From IMG/VR virus record IMGVR_UViG_3300014205_000181, positions 64,001 to 128,000 of that record: 64,000 nt of DNA; one strand, 5' to 3'. A model generated the notes under the pieces. It searched no databases. It worked only from the letters and a program-made list of their open reading frames with translations, and had not been told where the DNA came from. This DNA is from a virus. Its lineage: Duplodnaviria; Caudoviricetes. Every line of letters starts with the position of its first letter. Position 1 is the first letter of the stretch. Positions 18,219-27,181 of this stretch are shown piece by piece. The translations under genes were made by a program, and so were the position numbers.

Positions 18219-18561
18219 TCTCTTTCTCCTGTAATTTGTTTTTCTTTTTTAATATAATAGATTCTATTTCATCATACATATTATAATTACATACAGTTAC
18301 ATTCAGGTTTGTCCACATTTTAACTGCCGAGTTATAGTGCTCCACAGTTTCACAAGATTCTATAACCATAATTAATTTTACTAACGCTCTATACGGCTTA
18401 TCCATTTGGCAACTCCTCATCGTCGATATGTCCAAAATTACCAAATTCGTCTATTGGCTCTAGGAGACACCCGCAACTAGCACAGTACGAATAAGGTTCT
18501 GCTAGGGTTTCTAAACCACAATTGTAATTAGTACAAGAACAGGAGCAACAATTTAATTGAT

Positions 18562-18765
18562 TCATTTCTTATTGGCCTTTGGTTTATTCCCCATATAATC
18601 GTTGGCTTCTGAATAGCCGTGTATTACAAAATTCGCGAAAGTCGGAATTCTAACGGCAGTCGATCCGCAATTAGTACATTCTATTTCTTTTATATCTTTA
18701 AACATTAATTTATCTAGTATCTCAAATTTACAATGTTTACACTTATAGGAGTATATTGGACTCAT
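18562..18765 (-). CDS. FmdB-family zinc-ribbon protein
   Basis: 'PIYSYKCKHC...CTNCGS'. Confidence 0.7.
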   Translation of the reverse strand: MSPIYSYKCKHCKFEILDKLMFKDIKEIECTNCGSTAVRIPTFANFVIHGYSEANDYMGNKPKANKK

Positions 18766-18953
18766 TCATACACCTTTATCAGTTTGTTTGTAATCGCCCC
18801 ATCCATGAATGTTTCAAGAATTTCAATTGCATTCTCAACTTTATCAATATCTTTTTGTTCTAGTAACAAATCTTCTGGACCTATTGTACCATTAAACAGA
18901 TCATAATACAAGTCATTTGTGACAATTATATTCGCTTCTTTATCAAACTGCAT
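18762..18953 (-). CDS. Hypothetical protein
   Basis: ORF track; tightly packed with its neighbours. Confidence 0.55.
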   Translation of the reverse strand: MQFDKEANIIVTNDLYYDLFNGTIGPEDLLLEQKDIDKVENAIEILETFMDGAITNKLIKVYE

Positions 18954-18956
18954 TTA

Positions 18957-19874
18957 TTATTTTACCTCCAATGTAGATTTAATAATATCTTGAACAGATT
19001 GTCTTATTTCATTTTTAAGTATAAAATTATTAAGATTATCAACAAAGCTAAATTCCTTTGCTCCTGAATCAGCACTTAAAATATCTATGTACTCTTTAAT
19101 TTGTTCTGAAGTTTCTTTTTTATCTTTATTTTTTAGGACTTCTTCGAGGTTGAACGAAATTGAAGAGTGTTCACAAGGTATTTCAAATAACTCATAGGTT
19201 TTAGTATCTGTATCAAATACAGCAATTTTAGGGATGTAATCTATTTGGGATATATTCAATCTAGTTAGAGACCCCATATTCAATAACGTTTTGCCATTAT
19301 ACTCGTGAACGAAGTATTTATGATTGTCCGCACTTAGAATTACGTCAAACTTGTTCTTAGACAATAATACACGAGCTGTAATATGTCCAGTCTGTCCGCA
19401 CCAAATTTTTTCGTCTTCGTCCCGAATAACCATTTTATGAATTACCAAGATATTAAATTTATTTTTATCTATAATCTCAGGGATTGTATCTCCCCAATGG
19501 CACCCATAAATATCCACATTTTCATAAGAAGAAGGGATTGCCTCTAACAGTTTAATTACGTCTGCTGATTCTACCACCTTTATAGGTGTATTAACTAAAC
19601 TCCTATCTAAATGTCTTTGATCATGGTTCCCACTTACAGCTAAAATATTTAATTTTGATTTTTTGAATAAATTAATGGTGTCACTGATAAGCCAGTTGCT
19701 TGCCCTGACAGAATCAAACAAATCTCCTGCTTGTAACATTAAGTCACATTTTTTTTCTACACCTAATTTTAAACACCATTCTAATTTCTTGAATTGGGTT
19801 TCTCTATAATTATCGATTCTAAATCTACTTCCAGAATCGCGCAGATGGATATCAGAGATCATCAATATTTTCAT
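18957..19874 (-). CDS. SbcD/Mre11 metallophosphoesterase nuclease
   Basis: 'SDIH', 'AGDLFD', 'GNHD', 'ADNH', 'NMGSLTR'. Confidence 0.9.
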   Translation of the reverse strand: MKILMISDIHLRDSGSRFRIDNYRETQFKKLEWCLKLGVEKKCDLMLQAGDLFDSVRASNWLISDTINLFKKSKLNILAVSGNHDQRHLDRSLVNTPIKVVESADVIKLLEAIPSSYENVDIYGCHWGDTIPEIIDKNKFNILVIHKMVIRDEDEKIWCGQTGHITARVLLSKNKFDVILSADNHKYFVHEYNGKTLLNMGSLTRLNISQIDYIPKIAVFDTDTKTYELFEIPCEHSSISFNLEEVLKNKDKKETSEQIKEYIDILSADSGAKEFSFVDNLNNFILKNEIRQSVQDIIKSTLEVK

Positions 19875-21013
19875 TTAATTATTTCCTTTATCGCATACCT
19901 TATAAGCCAACTTCCCAGAGCCACATATTCCGTTATGCCCGTCACTAAAAGACAGTCTCTGCAAAAGATAATGCCATTTTCAGGATCAAGGGCAAAGAAT
20001 GGCTCAGTTTTCTTCGGGTCGATATGATGCGCGGCTAAATTCTCTATTGACTGACATTTAGTACAGAAATTGTACCCGTATTCTTGGAATTGACGGAAGA
20101 AAACTTCATCAGACCAGATACTTAATTCATGTTTAGAAGGGGTATTGTCATCTATTTCACCCCTTATTCGCGTTTTCCTTGCTCTATACAAAGGGCATAA
20201 AGTTTTACATTTATCAGAACAATAAAAATTATTTTCAATGGCAGCAAGATCATCCTCAACCGCTTTTATTCTATTCCATAATTGGTCTGTAGTCGGTTTA
20301 AACCATTCGCTACAATACTTACACTGGACTAAAATCCCATACCCATTCGGATCGTCCATAATTTCTTCTATTCGGCAGAAAAATGGATACTTTTCTTCGT
20401 AATCTTTCTTGCGATAAGTATGGGATTCCTTAATCCTTTCTTTAGCGTAACACCCACAAGAATTAGTTATTCCTCTTTTTAGGCTGCTTAATCTATATCC
20501 CTTGATATTGCCATTGCAAGAACATCTTCCTAAAACAATTCTTCTCCGTCCATTAGTATCTAAATCAGAAACAACAGTTATTCTCCCATATATTTTGCCA
20601 ACGGCATTCTCTCGCCTATTTTTTAACTTCTCTATTTGATAACACCCACATGATGTTGTGTGCCCGCTTTTTAATTGGTATAAATTGTAGTCCTTGATAT
20701 TGCCATTGCAAGAGCATTTACCAATAATTCTTCTACAGTCATTCTTCCCCTTTGGATATTCTGAAATAATGGTCACTCTACCATATACACGCCCAATAAC
20801 ATCTTCCATCCTACTCAATATTTCTATTTTTAAACAGCCACAAGATTTAGATGTCTCATTTTTTAACCCACTTAGAATAACGTCCCTCCTTGTTTTCTTT
20901 TCACACGAACATTCGCAAAGAAAGTATCGTCTCCATTTCTTTTTCTCGACTTCTTTAATAACTGTCCATCTTCCGAATTTATTTCCCGGCTTGATTTCTA
21001 ATTTTCTTCCCAT
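19871..21013 (-). CDS. HNH endonuclease with SCGC repeats; frameshifted near the C-terminus
   Basis: Three 'G..[FY]GR.T...CSC...SCGC' repeats and 'CTKC...AAHHI...ENG...CRDC'. A one-base deletion is inferred at 19950/19951. Confidence 0.75.
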   Translation of the reverse strand: MGRKLEIKPGNKFGRWTVIKEVEKKKWRRYFLCECSCEKKTRRDVILSGLKNETSKSCGCLKIEILSRMEDVIGRVYGRVTIISEYPKGKNDCRRIIGKCSCNGNIKDYNLYQLKSGHTTSCGCYQIEKLKNRRENAVGKIYGRITVVSDLDTNGRRRIVLGRCSCNGNIKGYRLSSLKRGITNSCGCYAKERIKESHTYRKKDYEEKYPFFCRIEEIMDDPNGYGILVQCKYCSEWFKPTTDQLWNRIKAVEDDLAAIENNFYCSDKCKTLCPLYRARKTRIRGEIDDNTPSKHELSIWSDEVFFRQFQEYGYNFCTKCQSIENLAAHHIDPKKTEPFFALDPENGIIFCRDCLLVTGITEYVALGSWLIRYAIKEIIK

Positions 21014-21015
21014 AA

Positions 21016-22239
21016 TTACTGTACCTTATTCCCGCATAACGGACACTCGCCCATATCAATCATAAATTGCTTTCTTTTCTCTTTAGCTTCTTGTACTTTA
21101 GTATTTAAGCATTTAATTAATTTATTGTTTTCTTCAACACCATCAATATACTCATTTAGCTCTTTATTTTCGCACTCTTTTATCCCATGTGCCGTAATTA
21201 GCTCGTATAAGGACCGTACAGACGTTTTACATTCCAACCATACGGATGTATTACTTATCACTGAATCAACGTCTGTGAGTTCTATAACAAACTTTTTAAG
21301 GGTGTTGTGATTAGTTTCTAATTCATTATGTTTCTTAATAAGAGAAATTATTTCGGTATATAGTTCTTTGCATTTCAAAAATTCGGTATTACTTTGTATT
21401 ACTTCTTGAACATTATTGATATTCGCAACGTATTCATTTAGGGATTTCTGTTTTGTTTCTAATTCATTATGTTTTTTGATTAATTCTTGTAGTTCTTGCA
21501 ATTCTTTCTTGTGTTTTAGGACTTTATTGTATTCAAGTATCTTGGATTCAATTTCCTGTATTTCTTGGATATAGGTATTTAGATTGTTGTTCATTAATTC
21601 TAGGAGTTCACAATTAATGAACAACTCTTCTATCTGAACAAGTAATTTATCTGCTTCATCAATGAATTTAATTTTATCAATCTCAGAGGATAAAGATTTG
21701 ATAGTATCTTCTACTTGTTTTTGTTTTGAATTATTCTCTCTAATTAATGAATTGACATTGGATAGAGATTGGTCGATAATCCCGAGGCCCGAAATTTCGT
21801 TTAGCATCTGAGCACGATGGGCGGGTGACTCGCTGATGAAGAAGTGCCTCCCTTCTTCTTGGTCTTGGAAATTGTAATCAGCAAGGTTTAAAAAATCTTT
21901 GATTTCGTCGGGTACGGTGCGATTAAGTGATTTGAATTCTTTTACTTCATCTCCGATGGTTAGAATATATTCATCTATTGTTTCAGACTTCCTACGCTCA
22001 ACAGTGCCGTCAGAGAATTCCAATTTGCATTCAGTAACATCCTTCTTTTTTGCGGACCAGGGCTTAAATCCAAATCCCGTGGGACGATTGGACAAAACTA
22101 GATTAACAGCCCTGAGCAAGGATGATTTTCCGCTGTCGGAATTGCCGCTGATGATCGAAACCCCAGAATGCAATGGTAATTCTGAGTTACAATGCGTTTG
22201 AAAATTTTTGACTGTAACTTTATCTAGTGTGTTTTGCAT
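21016..22239 (-). CDS. SbcC/Rad50 ATPase, N-terminal half with coiled coil and zinc hook
   Basis: 'KNFQTH', Walker A 'GNSDSGKS', Q-loop 'FQDQ', long coiled coil, terminal 'CPLCG'. Confidence 0.85.
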   Translation of the reverse strand: MQNTLDKVTVKNFQTHCNSELPLHSGVSIISGNSDSGKSSLLRAVNLVLSNRPTGFGFKPWSAKKKDVTECKLEFSDGTVERRKSETIDEYILTIGDEVKEFKSLNRTVPDEIKDFLNLADYNFQDQEEGRHFFISESPAHRAQMLNEISGLGIIDQSLSNVNSLIRENNSKQKQVEDTIKSLSSEIDKIKFIDEADKLLVQIEELFINCELLELMNNNLNTYIQEIQEIESKILEYNKVLKHKKELQELQELIKKHNELETKQKSLNEYVANINNVQEVIQSNTEFLKCKELYTEIISLIKKHNELETNHNTLKKFVIELTDVDSVISNTSVWLECKTSVRSLYELITAHGIKECENKELNEYIDGVEENNKLIKCLNTKVQEAKEKRKQFMIDMGECPLCGNKVQ

Positions 22240-22246
22240 ATTATTT

Positions 22247-22765
22247 CTATTTATAATATTTAACTTCTATTTTATACTTCCTAAACAACTCGCCAAATTT
22301 CTTCGTTAGCTTACCGCTTTTCGGGTAATCTGGGATTTTTTCTTTCCGGTTCTTTTTCTTTATTTCTTTAACTAAATTATTATATGAAACTTTTGTGAAC
22401 TTAGGAACTTTTGGGCGTTCGGTAGGATGAATAAAATTAGTCCTAGCATTTTCTAAATAATCAGCTAGGTTTCTTAATACATCCCAAATATCTACTCCAA
22501 ATTTATGTAACCCATAACGAATAAAAGAATTAGTTACCTTCCCCTCCCAAGAGTTACTTTGGGCTGAAATGGCACCCCGGCAACAGGAACTTCCATTTTC
22601 TCCTATTTCTTTCCCCTTAGAACCGTGCATATGGTCAATTACGAAACTTTCTAGTGGGAACTTTACTTTAAGGATAGGGCAAATTCCATTCTGCTCTTCA
22701 TACATCTTCTTTTTGAGAATAGGTAAATCAGAATGCTTGAGTTGTATTAATTCTTTATCGGACAT
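22247..22765 (-). CDS. Recombination endonuclease VII-like resolvase
   Basis: 'QNGICPIL', 'IDHMH', 'CRG...N..EGK', 'LRNLADYL'. Confidence 0.8.
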   Translation of the reverse strand: MSDKELIQLKHSDLPILKKKMYEEQNGICPILKVKFPLESFVIDHMHGSKGKEIGENGSSCCRGAISAQSNSWEGKVTNSFIRYGLHKFGVDIWDVLRNLADYLENARTNFIHPTERPKVPKFTKVSYNNLVKEIKKKNRKEKIPDYPKSGKLTKKFGELFRKYKIEVKYYK

Positions 22766-22965
22766 TATAACTTCATCTCAATGAAAACATTTGACAATAT
22801 CCTTTCTCTTCTCTCCCCCATTCCAAATACGCTAACAAAATTAAGATCTATATCGTCAACACTAATCCCTGTAGCACTTTTTAGATTGTTGATTTCCGAA
22901 GAGATAAACTTTAAAATATTAATTTCAGCCTGTTCTCTCAATTCAATAGCTTATTTGATATTCAT
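22765..22965 (-). pseudogene. 66-codon ORF with an in-frame TAA at codon 5
   Basis: ATG overlaps the upstream stop and the terminal TAA overlaps the downstream ATG. Reads ATG AAT ATC AAA TAA GCT..., otherwise open. Confidence 0.5.
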
Positions 22966-23234
22966 TTCTCAACCTCACATTCATCAACGGGTTCGTCGTC
23001 TTCTAAATCCATGTCCATTTCGAACTCAAGGTCACTAGGTTTAGTATCTTCAATTTCTGATTCGTTGCAAAGATTTTCGTATTCAGCCTCTGTGGTTCTG
23101 TACCATTTCCCCTCTGGGATTAAGAACAACTGAAATTCTTTCTTTTTTAAGTTTCTTTTAAATAATATGTAATCGAATGATTTGATTGATATTTCATAGA
23201 ACCCTTCATCGTCTTTACAGAAGATATTTATCAT
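22962..23234 (-). CDS. Acidic hypothetical protein
   Basis: ORF track. Confidence 0.55.
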   Translation of the reverse strand: MINIFCKDDEGFYEISIKSFDYILFKRNLKKKEFQLFLIPEGKWYRTTEAEYENLCNESEIEDTKPSDLEFEMDMDLEDDEPVDECEVEK

Positions 23235-24118
23235 TTATTATTTCCTTTCACGAAGACGGTTCCCCACGTAGAAATCCCCTCGCCATTTAACAATGACCGA
23301 AATTCCAATTCTTCACATAAACAAATAAACGAGCTTAATTTAAATTTTTCTGTGAAATCAATCTCAAATTCTTTAGTTCCTTCAAGTGGCAATTTTACTA
23401 AAGGTAGATTTCTTTCATAAATTTTCTTGCCTTCTTCAGAAACGATAGCTTGGTACTTTTTAGAGGTACTTTTCAATTGCCCGAGTAGATATTTACAGGC
23501 TGTCTTCTCCGCTACCCCAGCGACTCCTGGAACCTCGTCAGTTCGGCAACCACTTATTGCTTTTGCATCTGCCCATTGTTCTGGGACAATGCCATATTCA
23601 TTTAGCAAATCTTGTTTAGTATAAAATTCTTGAGTTTTGATATTATACATAGAACAATGATCGAGGAGTTGCAGAAAATCTTCGTCTTTACTAATTAAGA
23701 TAAATTCACAATCATCACTATACGCCTGTACAATATCCGTAATAATATCATCACTCTCGAATCCTGGATCAACGAAACAATTCTTAAACCCCAAAGCGGG
23801 GAGAATTTCATGTTGTAAGAGGTTGAATTGTCGGAATGCTTCCTTAAATAATTCAATTTCTTCTACTGTTCGTTCCTGTTTTTTGCTATTCCTCTTCTTT
23901 TTATAATCAGGGAACATCTGCTTGCGTTTACTTTCTTTAGTATCAAAACAAAAAACAAATTTATTTGTGTTGAATTTCTTAGCAAGTGCTAGGATATCTT
24001 TGACAAATCCAAAGAGGATATGCGTTTGTGCGTCTTCTGAGTTGAGTTCTGGCATACTGAAAACAAGCCTGTAGAACAAACTAGAGGTGTCAATTATCAG
24101 GATTTTGTGTTTGGTCAT
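23231..24118 (-). CDS. 5'-3' exonuclease / flap endonuclease (T4 RNase H-like)
   Basis: 'IIDTSSLFYR', 'FCFD...R...PDYK..R', 'FESDDII', 'SKDEDFLQL', HhH 'GC.TDEVPGVAGV'. Confidence 0.92.
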   Translation of the reverse strand: MTKHKILIIDTSSLFYRLVFSMPELNSEDAQTHILFGFVKDILALAKKFNTNKFVFCFDTKESKRKQMFPDYKKKRNSKKQERTVEEIELFKEAFRQFNLLQHEILPALGFKNCFVDPGFESDDIITDIVQAYSDDCEFILISKDEDFLQLLDHCSMYNIKTQEFYTKQDLLNEYGIVPEQWADAKAISGCRTDEVPGVAGVAEKTACKYLLGQLKSTSKKYQAIVSEEGKKIYERNLPLVKLPLEGTKEFEIDFTEKFKLSSFICLCEELEFRSLLNGEGISTWGTVFVKGNNK

Positions 24119-24119
24119 A

Positions 24120-24311
24120 TTAAATTCGTTTAGTAATTGTAGCCTTAAACGCGGCGGATTCCCATTCGGAACGGTAATTTTGTTTTGATTTAGTCAAAAT
24201 GCTAACATCACTTTCCTCAATATTTATGTTCGGCATAATATCAGATAGGTAATCTAGCACAAGTTCCTTTAGTTTCTTTTCGTCAATCTCTACGTTAATT
24301 TCTCCGCTCAT
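24120..24311 (-). CDS. Hypothetical protein
   Basis: ORF track. Confidence 0.55.
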   Translation of the reverse strand: MSGEINVEIDEKKLKELVLDYLSDIMPNINIEESDVSILTKSKQNYRSEWESAAFKATITKRI

Positions 24312-24324
24312 TGCCTATCTCCTA

Positions 24325-25026
24325 TTATAATGTTCCGTTAATTGCCAGTTCTGGAAAGTTAAGTGGATGTTTTAATCTGTTTTGTACAATAAATTTATCC
24401 CTATAGATTGCAGCTTCTTTCGCAATCTTGAACCCAGATTTATTTAAAATTAATTTTCCTTTATATCTAACTGTTGCACAATATGCAGTTCCCTCCTCTC
24501 TCCAATAAATACCTCTAAATCCTGTTTTGTTCCTGACGGTCAAAGTTCTTTGGTTTAGATTATTTACTTCACTAGTGACAAAACGACAATTACTAGGTTC
24601 GTAATTACCATCATTATCTTTTCTATCGATCTCCAATCCATCTTCCCATCCGTTATTCATACACCAATCCATAAATAACCTTGGATTATGTAACCACTCA
24701 TCGCACATAATAATGCCACGACCACCCCAATCCTTATATCTTTTATAATTTTTGTTATAACATCTATTTTTTATATATCCCCATAGTGAATACAGCGGAT
24801 ACTTTGCTAATCCATGTGTCCCGTTTCGTTCAATAAGAAGTTCTAGATTATAGCATCCGCATGAACTTGACCTACCCGCCTTTAAACTCCCCAGATGAAT
24901 TTCTTTAATAGTCTTCTTTTTACAAGAACAACGGCACAAAACGTACCTTGCCCCATTTCGAGAATCAGAATTGCCTATTACCTCCCATCTGCCATATATA
25001 TTCCCAATTACTTCTTCCTTTGCCAT
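24325..25026 (-). CDS. HNH homing endonuclease with AP2-like C-terminal DNA-binding domain
   Basis: 'SCGC', 'WGGRGI..C.EW', 'IDRKDNDGNYEPSNCRF', 'NKTGFRGI...AAIYRD'. Confidence 0.85.
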   Translation of the reverse strand: MAKEEVIGNIYGRWEVIGNSDSRNGARYVLCRCSCKKKTIKEIHLGSLKAGRSSSCGCYNLELLIERNGTHGLAKYPLYSLWGYIKNRCYNKNYKRYKDWGGRGIIMCDEWLHNPRLFMDWCMNNGWEDGLEIDRKDNDGNYEPSNCRFVTSEVNNLNQRTLTVRNKTGFRGIYWREEGTAYCATVRYKGKLILNKSGFKIAKEAAIYRDKFIVQNRLKHPLNFPELAINGTL

Positions 25027-25027
25027 T

Positions 25028-26080
25028 TCACCTCCGCTTCATAACCCTTTCTTCCGTGACAAATGATGCTTGAATTTCTTCCCAACGATCAATCACCTTC
25101 TCTTTAATTTCGTTTTGAGAATCATTCTGCTCTGCATATATAATAGCCTTTTCAACAGAAGAGAATTCTTGGTCCCCCACAACGTACTTAGATTCTCCGT
25201 TAACTTCTTTTAAGTATTGTAGGTTCTCGCGCATGTCATCGAGTCCATAACCGAATACAATACTATAAGGACACTCTCCATGGGGGTCTCCAATACTGCT
25301 CTTTTTAATCTGCGCTTTAGACCTGATACCCTTCTTCTTCTCGATAGTTTGAGAGCCTACTTTCTTGGTGGACTTAATGTACTTATTAGACATTTGTGGG
25401 GAGACGCGAATTCTAAGAGAAGCATAGTATGGGATTGCTTTCCCACCAGGAGTAGTAACACCAGTTGGACTTTCTCTTTCTTGGTTAGTCAATACAACAA
25501 TGGTGTTACTACCTGCAATCTTCCTGCAAGTCTTCCTCATCCATTCCGAAAATTCCTTTGCCCTTCGCATCCCCATCTTGTCGCCAGTATCATCTTCTAA
25601 TTCCATAGAGGTAGAAAGAGCGGCAAGGGAATCACCAGCGAACACTGAGATTGCGCCTTGCTTTTCTGGTTTCGGTTCCCAGTCCCATACTGCACTAAAC
25701 ATCTCTGGAACCGTATCTGGGCGGAAATAACGGGTCTTATCAATCTTAAGACCATAAATTTTAGCGTACTCGGCATCTAGTCTCGCTTCTGGATCTGCGA
25801 TTTTAAAATCACCACCCTTTGCTTTAGCATTAGCACAAATCTCCGCAAGGATACTCGTTTTCCCAGCACCAGACGGTCCAAATATTTCCACAATTACCCC
25901 GCTTGGAATTCCTCCGCCCCTAATACGAGAGCCTGAAATTTCAAGATCAAGTAATGTAGACCCAGTAGAAATTGTTCCGTTATCAAAAATACTTTCTACA
26001 TCCACCTCCACAGGAGCATCAATATTATCCTTAATCTCACCCGCCAAAGCACTTAACTTATCTTTCTTTTTAGGAGGCAT
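25028..26080 (-). CDS. recA: RecA/UvsX-like recombinase
   Basis: 'ISTGS..LD', 'EIFGPSGAGKT', 'DSLAAL', 'TPGGKAIPYYASLRI'. Confidence 0.9.
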   Translation of the reverse strand: MPPKKKDKLSALAGEIKDNIDAPVEVDVESIFDNGTISTGSTLLDLEISGSRIRGGGIPSGVIVEIFGPSGAGKTSILAEICANAKAKGGDFKIADPEARLDAEYAKIYGLKIDKTRYFRPDTVPEMFSAVWDWEPKPEKQGAISVFAGDSLAALSTSMELEDDTGDKMGMRRAKEFSEWMRKTCRKIAGSNTIVVLTNQERESPTGVTTPGGKAIPYYASLRIRVSPQMSNKYIKSTKKVGSQTIEKKKGIRSKAQIKKSSIGDPHGECPYSIVFGYGLDDMRENLQYLKEVNGESKYVVGDQEFSSVEKAIIYAEQNDSQNEIKEKVIDRWEEIQASFVTEERVMKRR

Positions 26081-26181
26081 ATTAAAATACCTTATTTAGA
26101 AATTCACGAACCATTGGACTACACAACCACCCTAGAGCAAAACATGCCGCATATAAAACACCCCATATCCCCCCTTTCATA

Positions 26182-26370
26182 TTATTGATTAACCCTCCGT
26201 GTTCCCTTCGCTAATTTGGCAAAAGCCTTTGTCTTATCTATATAAGTTCCTTTAGTCGAAGAAGTCCAAACTACTTTCCCCTTCAAATAATTACTGAGTT
26301 TAAATTCATCCATCGCAAGGTTCATTTGGTATTCTTCATACGTTTCATTTTCGTTTCTTGGTCTATTCAT
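26182..26370 (-). CDS. Hypothetical protein
   Basis: ORF track; AGGAG RBS. Confidence 0.55.
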   Translation of the reverse strand: MNRPRNENETYEEYQMNLAMDEFKLSNYLKGKVVWTSSTKGTYIDKTKAFAKLAKGTRRVNQ

Positions 26371-26571
26371 TGTTACTCCTTATCCATCATGGAATCAATC
26401 CAACATTCATAACAAAATTGGATTGTTTGACTATATGCGTATTTGCCAAATTGTTCTGCAAGAAATTCGTTGAATAAGGCATCTTCGGTCCAGACATTCT
26501 GAATTGAAACTCCGACAACTGATTTGGCTCCATTGTACGTCATGCTTTTCCCACAATTACTGCAATGCAAA

Positions 26572-26859
26572 TCACTCATTCCCACCACCCAAGTCAGGGC
26601 TAACAACACCCAGTGCTTGTTCAAGGATCATACTTGTTAGTTCATTCTCTTCATTCAAATCCCCAATTTTATTAGCAACGATACTTTTAGCAATTTTGGT
26701 AAACACCTTTTTATCAATGTCGTGTGCTTTTACCATTTGACTCTTTTCTAGCATAGTGTCATAAGCAGCATCTACACGAATTTTCATGTCTTCTTTAGCG
26801 TTTTCAAATTCAGTAAACGCATCTACCATTTCTTTAAGACCAGTTTTAATAAATTCCAT
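26572..26859 (-). CDS. Putative dsDNA-binding protein (T4 DsbA/GapR-like)
   Basis: Helical 95-aa protein with 'KEDMK...DKKVFTKIAK'. Resemblance judged by eye. Confidence 0.4.
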   Translation of the reverse strand: MEFIKTGLKEMVDAFTEFENAKEDMKIRVDAAYDTMLEKSQMVKAHDIDKKVFTKIAKSIVANKIGDLNEENELTSMILEQALGVVSPDLGGGNE

Positions 26860-27047
26860 TATTTCCCCTTATTTATTTTTAAGATCGTCTTCAATATCCT
26901 CAATACCTTCCATCGTATTCTCCAGAAGGCCATCTTCTCCGTTCATAATCTTTGCTGGCATCTTTACTACATCAACCGCTAACCTAATAGGCATAGATGT
27001 AGCATCCATAAGTGCATCTAAAAGTTTCATCTTTTACTCCCTTTAAT

Positions 27048-27172
27048 TGAAATTGGGCAGGATTCAAACCTGCATTAGCTTTATTCACTTTAAGTGGTCT
27101 TCTATGGCCACACTATTCTACCAAGCCTCGCATAAACTATGTAGAGCGTCTACCTTTTCCGCCACCAATTTC
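27048..27172 (-). ncRNA. tRNA-like RNA with elongated anticodon arm and large variable region
   Basis: Acceptor stem GAAATTGG/CCAATTTC, Leu-like D-arm GCG-GAAAAGGTAGA-CGC, T-arm GCAGG-TTTGAAT-CCTGC. About 70 nt of non-canonical interior. Confidence 0.7.
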
Positions 27173-27181
27173 AAATTTAAA

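Noticed and set aside
13630-21480. Direct repeats near 13636/13758, 20499/20692 and 21314/21455
   Set aside because: They are explained by protein-level repeats (NUMOD3, SCGC and coiled-coil units).
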